From: Camelus dromedarius
Taxonomy: Eukaryota
NCBI RefSeq assembly: GCF_036321535.1
Contig: NC_087436.1
Location: forward strand, 100,070,001 to 100,134,000
Direction: 5' to 3'
DNA: 64,000 bases
The translations under genes and the position numbers were made by a program. Under the pieces are notes generated by a model that had not been told where the DNA came from, made no database searches, and worked only from the letters and a program-made list of their open reading frames with translations. This document shows, piece by piece, positions 49,741-60,445 of the stretch; position 1 is the stretch's first letter; every line of letters starts with the position of its first letter.

Positions 49741-52128
49741 CTAGCTGCAGAGAGAATTTTCTGCAGAGGCTCTTCATTTTTTTCAATATCCTGCCATTCC
49801 TGTATTTATAAATTATATATAAGCTTATTTTTATATTAGATAATGTGAAATTGTTTAGTTACTTTATATACTTTATTTTAGTTTGTTTTTATCTTATCCA
49901 AAATTTCTTTTGATTTTTATTTTTAAAATGATTGACTTACCATGTACACATTCCATAGTTCAGCTTTAATGTTTGTAATTTGCATATTTTGTTGTTTTCA
50001 AGAGCAGAACAAACACTCTAAGATATTTACATAAGTGATGTGAACAGATATTTATGAAATCAAATATTCTGATATCCACATCAAAATTTTTCAAATGTCC
50101 TTTAAGTTGTAAGAAACCTTTGAAGTATCTGAGGCTTTGGGAGATCTACCTGTCAAATCGTAGAAATGTTTGCTTAACAGAGAGAAAAGCAGTTTCTGTC
50201 CACACAAGTGAGTTTAAGTGAAAATTTAGTTTCCTTTATTTATTTGAAGTGCTAGTTTCTCCCAGGTTACTAGGACTGAATCCAGCTGAGCCTGGGTGAA
50301 TTCAAAAGCCACACTCAGCAGAGGCCACAGTTTCTGCTAGAATTATAACTAAAAAGATGAAATACAGTTATGTAAAACTTTCATTTTGAGGACAGAGATG
50401 ATGTAAAATATTTCTACTTCATGATTTGCACTGTAGTTTGGAAGCAGGTGCACAATGTTTAGAATATTCCTGCTTCTGATTCTTCTTATTAATTTTAATT
50501 AGGCATAATGCAACATTTAGAAAGATGAACACTTCTTTAAATAGGAATTAATTTATTGTGAAAGGTTTTTTTTTAACACAAATAATATAGTTCATGTTTG
50601 TCTAGGTATATTCCATAATTGATATAATTTTTTTAAGTTAGTGATTGGAAAGAGAAGCAAACATAGCTGAAGTATTAAAACCTATGATTTTCGAAGAGAA
50701 TAAGAATACAAATGCATTCATCCAAAATATAAAGTGTACACTATGTATGTTCCTAATGGGATAAATAAAAAGTAGTCATTGTCCGAAGAGTTTTTATTCT
50801 TTAGTTGGCACAGAAAGATGAATAAATAGGTCTAGGGCATAACACGCTAACTGATGCTAGAGAATTAGAATGTTTATTGCTATTGGGACACACATATTTT
50901 AGTTTTAAATATATGTGTAGCCATATTAAGTGACTGGGCTTTTATATATATATTTGCAATTATTTATCTGGCTAAGGACTGGCAAAAATACAAAGAATGT
51001 GACAACCATGCTGATATTTATTTTTCCTAATTGTGATCATTGATAATACTTATTTTTTCTACCCTGATCTCTATTATACAGTGGATGGAGGTAGGCTACA
51101 AAAGTAAGTGCAGACATATAGGGATCTTAGAAACTGAGTGAAATAAATGAAGTTGTTTGTTCAGGTAATTGTTGACTTGGTAGTAGACATTTAAGTTTTA
51201 TTCAGGTTAAAATATATCACATTTTATTTATAATCTAAAAGATTTGGACAGACTTTTTTGTAGTGTTTTACATTATCAGCCTGATATCATTACCTTACCC
51301 TCATCGCCTGGACAAAAGACAAAAAAGCATACTGTTGGTGTATTTTTGAATGAATAGATACTGCATGTATTAATTTGACTCCATAACTCCTCTCTCCCAA
51401 CAAATTAGTATGACTCCTGTGACTAAATTGTAACCTCAATATATTTACCTTATGATTAAAGCCCACCGTGTTGAAGATGGAATGGACAGTTTCCCTTTAA
51501 GGCTTTAATGACCTGTTTATTGAGAAGGTCATATGACACCAGCAGGTGCCCTTCTCAAGTTTTGGCTGTGGGTGTGTGGCCAAAGAAAACCAATTTTATT
51601 CAGCCACTGGAATATGAAGTATATTCCAGATGGATGAACCTGCAGAGAAGAGCATCTTTTTCCCCTAACACTTTTTATATTTTACTTTCTTACTATGACA
51701 ATTCAATCTCTCAAGACAAAATTATTTTTTCTAGCTATGAATTCATTGCTAAAATCTTTCAGGTCATTGGTGGGAAAAAAAATTAAGCTGGAAATTGTAT
51801 CCTTGGAGGATAGCAAATATTAAAATTTGTTGTCTAGATTATCTCATTACACATTTGAATGGCTATTTGACATTTAAAAATCTCTGCCTGCAAAAATGTT
51901 GACATAAACACTCCCAGTCTATATAAATCTCAGCCTCCTAATTTTGCTTTATTGATTTTGCCTCTACCCTTGAGATTGTTATTGTGGAATTTTTCATAAC
52001 ACCCACCTACCAATCATTTGAAGCCTGAGTACATATTGTCAAGCTTTCTGAAGTTATAAGCAAGTCCAAGTTTAATGCTACATTAAGAATCACAAAGTAA
52101 TGTTGTTTTTAAAGAGAATACGTTGAAC

Positions 52129-52257
52129 GGGGTGGGTATAGCTCAGTAGAAGAGTGCATGCCTAGCATGCAGGAAGTCCTGGGTTCAATCCCCAGTACCT
52201 CCAATAAATAATAAATAAATCTAGTTACCTTCCCGCAAAAAAAAAAAAAAAAAAAAA
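52129..52257 (+). mobile_element. tRNA-Ala-derived camelid SINE (vic-1-like)
   Basis: ggggtgggtatagctcagtagaagagtgcatgcctagcatgcaggaagtcctgggttcaatccccagtacctcca, AT-rich tail and poly-A. TSD agagaatacgttg / agagaatacattg. Confidence 0.92.
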
Positions 52258-53518
52258 GAGAGAGAGAATACATTGTTTATAATTTTTCTCAAGGCTGACT
52301 CAAAGGCTTTTATGAAAATATTAGAGTTTACATTTTGGGAACAATCAATAACATTTTTAAAGATTAGATGTGAATGAATTTATTTATTCAATCAACAAAT
52401 ATTTGTTGTATACCAGGCTTTTTATTAAGTTTTAGAGGTAAACATCCCTAAGTAGTATAGGTGCCATAACAATCATACTGTTAGTCTGGAAGCCTATTTT
52501 ATCAAAAAGGATACATGAACCATCTCAGAATCTTGTGATGGAATAATTTTAAATTAGTGATTTCTGGATTGCCCCTGAGATCAAACAAATTATACTATCT
52601 GCCCATGATTCCTAAGAACATGCATTTTAGCAAACTCTCCAGGTGCTTTAAGACAAAAGAAGAACTTTTTGTTTTGGTTCTAAGTTTGTGTGGTTTTGAA
52701 AAGAAGGCTCGTATTAGCCTAAGGCAAGATTCTACATTAAAAGAAGTGTAGACGTTGAAACAAGAGAAGAAATGGAAAAAAGCAGCCAACTCCTGGCTTT
52801 GCTAAAAGCTTTATTTAAATATTTGTTTCAGGCTCCACAAGCAAAATAGCAACTGTAGCATTTGATTGTATTTTCTTCCTTGGATATGATTTCCTGTGAA
52901 AGGGTTCTGGACTTTACTCAGGTTTCTTCTACAGTTATTAATGTATGTGAATTCTGCAGGTGGATGACTTTACTGTTAATACCCAAGCCCAGATTGATCC
53001 AGTACAGTCCATTAGAAAACCTTAGTCAGGTGGCTAACCGTGCAGTGTTTCATTAGATTTTGTTTTGATATCTCTACCAGTTGAAAAATCTCATCAGTTT
53101 ACATGTACTAAATATTTCAATGAAACTGGTACTAATCCAAACAAGATTTATTTTGTAGTCCCAGGGGAAGCTGAAAGTTTTATGGGTTCTAATGTTCAAT
53201 GAGATAAAATGATATTTTAAAGGAAGGGGATCCAAGTATTCACAGTAAAATGTTCTTACCAAATAGTTAAATGAAATTAACAATGTGCTTAGTGAATATT
53301 CACCAGAAAGTTAACATTTTCTAAGCAACTGACCAGATTGAAGGAAAAACAAATTTATTTTGAATTAAAATTGCGGCTCACGAGAAAAGGATAGCCAGGG
53401 AATAAAGGCTGTGTGTGTGTGTGTGCGCGCGCATGTGTATGTACTGTGCTTCTTGAACACTGCAAACAGTTTCACACATGCAGTGTATTCTATTTAGTCC
53501 TTGGAATGACATTAGAAG

Positions 53519-54169
53519 TATTGCTGATAGATGCAACCGGTGTTCCAGGTTCTTGTCCCTTCCCAGAAAGAATTCAGAGACAAGACTTAGAGGTTAAAAA
53601 AAGGTAAAGTGAGAATTTATTAAAGGATGGATAGTACACTCTCAGGGGAGAGCCGGCAGGCTCCGGTGAGCAGCTGAGTTTCTTCGGCAAGTTAGTTACA
53701 TAGGGTGTAAAAATTAATGGGTGGAATATTCATTGGGGAGGGAAGGGTTTGGGGTCGTATTCCCTGATTATCATCCCAACTCCACCTTCCCTAAGGGAGG
53801 AGGGATTTTTGTCCTTATTTAGTCTGGATCGGAAGTGTCATGGCATTGGTGCGTGATGGGTACTTCTGATCTGCAAGGCTAATTTTATTGAAATGAGGAC
53901 ATAATGAGCAAAAGGTTATATTCGGACACTAGAAATTCCTGCCTTTTCTCACCTTTCTTTGTTCTCCAGGCCACTTGTCATTCCAAAAGGCACGATCCCT
54001 TATCAGCCCCAAGGTTCCTACTTTTCTTTCTCTACCCAAGGATCCCTGCTGCTTACATGATGTGTGGTTTCCTGCATTTGGCCTGTGCCCCTCCTTTCTG
54101 CCCAATTCCTGCCATTTGGTCTGTGTCCCCCTTTCTCTGCTCATATCTAGCTATCTGCCTGCTCTAACA
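53519..54169 (-). mobile_element. ERV1-type solo LTR, family B copy 2
   Basis: Colinear with 43467-44122 (e.g. gggatttttgtccttatttagtctggatc, ctgcaaggctaattttattgaaatgagg); gaag on both sides. Confidence 0.88.
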
Positions 54170-54372
54170 GAAGTATGACATTTTGAGGCATAATCCTTTA
54201 GACCTATGGGATTCAGAATGAAGACAAAAGCATACCCATGTATTTTTGTTGCAAATTTGTTTTAAACCTGTTGTGAAATGTCATTACAGTCATTCAAAGG
54301 TGATTTATTAGAGGTTTCACTCATACAGCACGAAAGACATAGGAGGGAAACAACTCATAAGGACTTTCTAAG

Positions 54373-55007
54373 TGATGCAGGAAAACAGATGGGCATGAGA
54401 TGAGAAGGGCCATGTCCCAGGTCTCGGTTGAACCCCTGGGATGTGCCTCGCCAAGTGTGGGTCCTTGGCTTCGCACAGGAAAGAATTCAAGAGCGAGCCA
54501 CAGTTAAGTGAAGGTAGATTTATTCAGAGAGATGCATTGAAAGGCAAGAGAAAGGCCACGAGGTGTGGGGGTTGTGTGCTCAGATTAAAAGAGGATACAC
54601 ACTCCATAGACAGAATGCGGGCCGTCTCCAAAGAGGGAGAGAGAGGGGCGGCTGGGAGGCGCCGTGTTGCTAGTTTTTATGGGCTTGGTGGCTTCATATG
54701 CTAAAAAGTGGAAGGACCATTCTAGCTAGCCTGGGAAAGGGGCTGGGATTCCCAGGAAGTTGGCCATTTCTCACTCTTCGACCTTTTGTGGCTAGCCTTG
54801 AGACTGCCATGGTGCCCGTGGGTGTGTTATTCACCATGCTGATATATTACAATGGGCGTATAATGAAGCTCAAGGTCTGCTGGAAGTTAAATCTCTCATC
54901 ATCCGGAGCCTCAAGGCCTACTGGGGGTTGAATCTTTCACCATTTTGATGTTAATTGCTGTAGCATTCCTTGAATGGCTGTGCCCTGCCCCCTTCCATCC
55001 TGTCTCA
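54373..55007 (-). mobile_element. ERV1-type solo LTR, family C (CpG-rich, young-looking)
   Basis: tgatgcagg...cctgtctca ends; aaagaattcaagagcgagcc...gatttatt U5/R motif; flanks taag / ttag (1 mismatch). Confidence 0.75.
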
Positions 55008-55393
55008 TTAGTACTGCTTAGTGAGTTCAGGATACCCCTTGTAATCAATCCCCAGTGACTTCATGACTGCATAAACGTGGCTCTGTTGGATTATAACTGC
55101 TGAGTGGATCACCAATACCAAAATAGCCTTTATTTTGTTCTGTAATAATGCATCAACTATCAACATCCATGACCTACCTGGTGAATATCTAATTACTTTT
55201 TCATTTCAGATTCTCCTTTAATTATACTCCTCTTATTATTCCATCTCTAAGCCTTTGGATACATCCATGCTCTTCAATGTGCATTTAATTGGCCAAACTG
55301 TTAAAATAGTTAGTTTCCTAAAGAATAATCCTTTGCATCATTAAATTCAGTCCAAAAATAATTTATTGACAAAACAGTTCTTTTTCACCTAGA

Positions 55394-55882
55394 TGTCAAC
55401 TAAAATAAATGCACAACCTGAAAGTTGAGAGTTATGTTTTATTCGGTGGACAATTCTGAGACCTCAGCCCAGGATGACAGCCTCAGATTGCTCTGAGGGA
55501 CTGCTCCAAAGAAGTAGGGAAGGAGCTAGGATATATAGGAGTTTTACAACAAAGACCAGGTAGTTGGAACATTAAAAGCTTACTTGTTAACTAAAGAGAG
55601 CCAGGCATCTCAAGTTAGAGGATTTAGCGCTTTTCTGTGTAAGGGAGGAAGCAAACATTTGTGCTCATTGAGTTCATTCCTTTGACAAGCCCCTAGCTAT
55701 CCAGGGCCAGCATCCTGTCCTTTCTAATTCTGAGTCCCCTCAGGGTGCACCATTGTGAGTGGCTACAGAGGCTGGGCTGCAGGCCTGTCTTCACTGGTGG
55801 GTGGCGATAGCCGCTGATGACTTGATGGCTTCAGCATTATTCTTTGTTTACTGGGTATGGCTTGCAATATTTTTTGTTCACA
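55394..55882 (-). mobile_element. ERV1-type solo LTR, family A (left arm of inverted pair)
   Basis: tgtcaac...ttcaca ends; TTTATT at 55438-55443; reverse-complement match to 55955-56441. Confidence 0.92.
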
Positions 55883-55954
55883 AGGCCAACAAATATTCAA
55901 GTAATTTTAAAACAATTTTCACAATCTTATTCTTTATTTTCTTTGACTCATCTA

Positions 55955-56441
55955 TGTGAATGAAAAATACTGCAAGCCTTACCAGTAAAGAAAGAATGCT
56001 GAAACCATCAAGTCATCAGCTGCTGCCGCCACCCCCTGGTGAAGACAAACCTGCAAGCCGGTCTCTGCAGCCACTCACAATGGTGCACCCTGAGGGGACT
56101 CAGAATTAGAAAGGACAGGATACTGGCCCTGGATAGCTAGGGGCTTGTCAAAGGAATGAACTCAATGAGCCCAAATGTTTGCTTCCTCCCTTACATAGAA
56201 AAGCGCTAAATTCTTTAACTTGAGATGCCTGGCTCTCTTTAGTTAACAAGTAAGCTTTTAATGTCCCAACTACCCGGTCTCTGTTTTAAAACTTCTATAT
56301 ATCCTAGCTTCTCCTCTACCTCTTCGGAGCAGTCCCTCAGAGCGATCTGAGAGGCTGTCATCCTGGGCTGAGTTCTCAGAATTGTCCACCGAATAAAACA
56401 TAACTCTCAACTTTTAGGCTGTGTGTTTATTTCAGTCGACA
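55955..56441 (+). mobile_element. ERV1-type solo LTR, family A (right arm of inverted pair)
   Basis: tgtgaa...gtcgaca ends; TATA-like ctatatat at 56295-56302; AATAAA at 56392-56397. Confidence 0.92.
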
Positions 56442-56699
56442 GCCTTGATCATTGGTTTAATAGTTATTATGGATAATTGTTTTTTTCCTACTTAAAAATT
56501 CCTATGTTTTAAAGTTACACAAAGTGACATTCTTGGAGGACCATGCCTTAAGAAGGTTATTGTGTCAATGACCTTTTCCCTCAAGGGAATAAAACTAATG
56601 CAAAGACCAGCATAATCTTTCTCAGGCAATTCTGCAAAGCAAGGAGCTCTTACAAGCCTGACATATACAAATAATTATAGTAATAATAACAATGGTAAT

Positions 56700-56935
56700 A
56701 GAAGTAGCTAACTTTTGTTTAGGTTTAGTATGTCCTAGAGAGTAATTTGCATGTTCTAGATATGCAAACTTATTTATTTTTCTTAACAAATCCACAAGAT
56801 GGGTGCTATTATTATCTCCATTTCACAGAAGAGAAAAGTAAGGCATAGAGGGGTAAAATGTTTTACACGAAGTTACACAGAGTCACATCTAGTAATTGTA
56901 AAGCTAGAATTCAAACCCAAGCTATATGGCTCCAG
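56700..56935 (-). mobile_element. MIR SINE
   Basis: gtgctattattatctccatttcacagaagagaaagtaaggcatagagggg...gctagaattcaaacccaag. Confidence 0.75.
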
Positions 56936-57849
56936 AATAAATTTTCAAATATTGGATCAGTCACAATTTGTCAGAAAGGAATCTTGGGAAAAAATAAAAT
57001 AAAACTAAAATGAAATAAAATAATTTGGTTCTTGCTAAATGGCAAAACCTTTAAATTCCTTTTGAGTTATAGATAAAAGTCACATGGTGACTTATCATTT
57101 GGAATTATTTTATGATCTGTCAGCTGGTAAACTGACTAGGTTCTCTTAATTTTGACAAAAGTGAAGAATCGCAGACATACGAGTTACTAAAGGATTTGTT
57201 ACCAAGTCATTAGGCTCATGTACTTCATAAGACCAATACCAACATTTAAAATCCTCCATTAGTTTGATACCACAAGGTGATTTTTTCACTGAGAAACAAT
57301 GGCCCACAGTAATATTAGGAATGGTGGTAGAGGGCAATGGTAAACGAGGAGGTGGGGAAGAGTCAGCCAGTGGCATGAGTGTACTTGGGTGAATCAAATT
57401 GAAGAACGAATATTTGGGGAAGTTACGGATCTTGACATTTATTCCATTAAATTATTTGTGGGTGTATATTTGTCCTTTGGAAAGCATTTGTATAACCTGG
57501 GAGGTAGAGGTGACTACAAACACATTTTCATGTGGCTTCTCCAGATACACATATAAAAAAAGAATCTGTAGTCTTGGTAACCAGGAGAGGTCTGGGTGTA
57601 AATTAATCGTCTGTGTGGTTTTTCACCCCGATGTACCATCCATGTGTATCCTTAGTTTACAGCACTCGCAATGTTGTGGTATCATAAATGTTCTACAGTC
57701 TCCTCTCTGATTTCTTGCTAAACAGACTGAAGTCATCACTGCACTTTTCTCAAGTTTTTGTGTTCACAAAATCACCTCCTCCCAATTTATAAAGTTCCCT
57801 ACCAAGTTCAATGTACAGTGTAAGAATTTGCTTACTCTTATACTGTCTT

Positions 57850-58060
57850 ATATGCTCTGGAGCTCGCCAGGCTCTGTTTTGACCTGTCTTCACCACTTAC
57901 CAGCTGTGAGATCTTGTCACCCCTTTGTGCCTAGGTTTACTCATTTGAATAATGGAAGTAACAGAAATATTTACATTTTAGGGTTGTTGTGAGAATAAGT
58001 TAATTATTATGTGTAAATAATTAGAATACTTCCAGGCATATAGTGAATACTCAGCAAAAA
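57850..58060 (+). mobile_element. MIR SINE
   Basis: caccacttaccagctgtgagatcttg...tagggttgttgtgagaataag...ccaggcatatagtgaatactca. Confidence 0.75.
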
Positions 58061-58147
58061 GGTGAGAATTATTATTACCATTAAACTGTATGTTATAACT
58101 GTTTCTATAAATTTCCTTCTTGAATTTATAATGTTCTATTATGGAAA

Positions 58148-58330
58148 CCATTTATTGAGTACACATTACCTTCTAGTCACTGGGCTGAATTTAACACGCA
58201 TCATCTTATTTCAATCTCTTAAAAATATTTTAAGGTATAAAAGTTCATTTTCACAAATGAGGCTTAGAAAAATTAAATCATTTGGCTAAGCTTTCACCTC
58301 TAAAACTATGATTAGAATTCAGGTTGGTCT
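58148..58330 (-). mobile_element. MIR SINE
   Basis: ccatttattgagtacac...cattttcacaaatgaggcttagaaaaattaaatcatttggctaag. Confidence 0.6.
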
Positions 58331-58479
58331 GTCCACATTTTAAACCCTTAGATAGTACTGAGATAGAGCAATTGATTTTTTTACAGATCTTATATAAAAG
58401 AATAATAGTGTAAGCAAAACCAAGAAAATGCTGTCTATCTGATCAGTGCATGGACTCAACTAATGCACTTAGGATCATA

Positions 58480-58905
58480 GATATGCTGCTCAGATTGTCC
58501 TTCAGGACTGAGTCATGTCTCTAGTGACTGTGAAATATGACAGCTGATGGCTCACAGCTGAGTCCCCCTCCAGGAATTTCTGTCAACACAGAGGAGCTGC
58601 CTTTCTTAAGGTTAAGAACTTCCCAGGGGCAACCCTCACTCAATACCTGGTCAATGAAAGGACGTGTTAAGTCTGGCTCCTCTTTTTCCAATTCAGAACA
58701 TCTCAGAAGGGCCATCTCAGGACCAGAGTTCCCATATGATCTGCGGGGGCTTCAGCTGGAACCAAATTACAGTTCAACTGTTTGACCTGCCCAGTCCTGT
58801 TTCCCTTACATTTTACAGTTACAATCCCTCTAGTTCTTCCCTATAAACTATCGTCACTCAAATTTCTGTCTCAGATTCTGTCTTTTGAAGAGGCCACACC
58901 CTTCA
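58480..58905 (+). mobile_element. LTR16-like ERVL LTR
   Basis: cagctgatggctcacagctgagtcccc...acagttcaactgtttgacctgcccagtcctgtttccctt...caaatttctgtctcagattctg. Confidence 0.7.
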
Positions 58906-59284
58906 CACCCTGTGCTGTTTTTGAAATCAGGGACTAAATCCCCCTTTCAAAGGAAAATACATGTAGAAATTTTCAGCCAACTAGTCATTGTACTAGAATT
59001 AAAAGCCATGGTTTACTTTGAATTTTTCTCTGAATAACCTTAACTCTGAAAAAAATATTTATCAGTAAGGAGCTAATTGCTTTTAAAGGTTTCTACTGCA
59101 AATAGCTTTCAATAATTCTGAATTCAATAATTATTAGTTACTACATGACAGTGTTTTAAAAAAGTGTTTTTCCTCTATAACATAGCCTAAATAATACCTA
59201 ATCATAGATTTGAGAAAATGAAAAAAAAAAAATCCTAAATTTCTTCCCTCATTTCCATGCCCATTCTACAAATGTGAAAAGGGA

Positions 59285-59634
59285 TGTGAAGGAAAAGCTG
59301 GGCTGGGCTGGGCTAACAAGATAACTCACAAATCTAAGTATCGGAATACTGATCTGAGTTCTGCTGGACTAACTTGTAAATCTAAGTTAATTAGTGTTGG
59401 CTTGCTGCCTCCCTGCCTCCACTTTTGTGATAATGATGCTGCTAAAGCTGTTCCATGCCTATTGGCCAAATACCCCAAGCTTGTACTTTACCCTATAAAA
59501 CCTCATGCGCACGTCTTGGAGGTGCTCAGAGCTTCAGAGCAGAAGCCCCTCTGAGCCCGCCGGCGTAATACATCTGAGTACTCCAACCCTCTGAGTGGTG
59601 CTTGTTTCTTGGCTGGCCTGTTGTTTCCGTAACA
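59285..59634 (+). mobile_element. Short ERV1-type solo LTR, family D, with perfect TSD
   Basis: ggga|tgtgaagg...ccgtaaca|ggga. ATTGG at 59461, TATAAAA at 59494-59500, AATACA at 59567-59572. Confidence 0.85.
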
Positions 59635-59964
59635 GGGAAAGGCATAATACACAATGTAAAAACAAATGTGACTGGACATAACTCTGGTAAAGGAGGTGGA
59701 GATGTCTGTTGAAATTAAAAATATTTTATAAAGATTGTAATTTCTCTAATATTTCAGAAAACAGTATTTTCTCTATGCATGATTTAGAATTCTGGGAGCC
59801 ATCTGGTTCAAACTCTGCATTTTCTAGATGATGAAAATGAAGCCCAATTCAAATAACAATTCTGTGACAGAAAAAGTGTAGATTATTTGAATTCCTGAAA
59901 AATTGGTCCTCTTATGGATATTTTTATCATCTCTGAAGATATAAATGTATTTAAGCAATATAAA

Positions 59965-60445
59965 AAGCAAATCAAAACAATCAGGAGGTACCACTATGCA
60001 TTTATTAGAATGACCCAAACCCAGAACCCTGAAAATAATACTAAATGCTGTATGTGTGAATGGGGAGCAGGAACTCATTCATTGCTGCCAGAGATGAACA
60101 GGTAAAGCTCAGAGGGCTCGGAGGCAGTGGAAATACTTAGTATGATGCCATAATGATGGATACATGTCTGTATACATTTGTCCCCCTCGATACAATGCAC
60201 AACACCAAAAGTGACCACAATGTAAAATGTGGATTTGGGGTGATTATATGTCAATGCAGTGTCATCAGTTATAGCAAATGCACCACTCTAGTGGGAAATG
60301 TTAATAATGGGCAGGCTGTGCATGTGGTGGGAAGAGAAATATATAGGAACTCTGTCTACTTTCTTCTTAAATTTGCTCTGAACCTAAAACAAAACTGCTC
60401 TATAAAAAAGAAAAAAATCATAAAAAACAAAACAAAACAAAACAA
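59965..60445 (+). mobile_element. L1MC1/2-like 3' end, internally deleted
   Basis: aaatcaaaacaatcaggaggtaccactat...; tatgatgccataatgatggatacatgtc...caaatgcaccactctagtggg...aatttgctctgaacctaaaac; A-rich tail. Confidence 0.8.

Noticed and set aside
52129..52203. tRNA-Ala gene
   Set aside because: AT-rich tail, poly-A, TSD and a second dispersed copy identify it as a SINE.
43467..54169. Family-B LTRs as the 5' and 3' LTRs of one ~10.7-kb provirus
   Set aside because: Each LTR has its own flanking repeat, no PBS or PPT lies on the inner sides, the copies are clearly diverged, and the interval holds older L2, MaLR and MER5 sequence rather than gag-pol-env.
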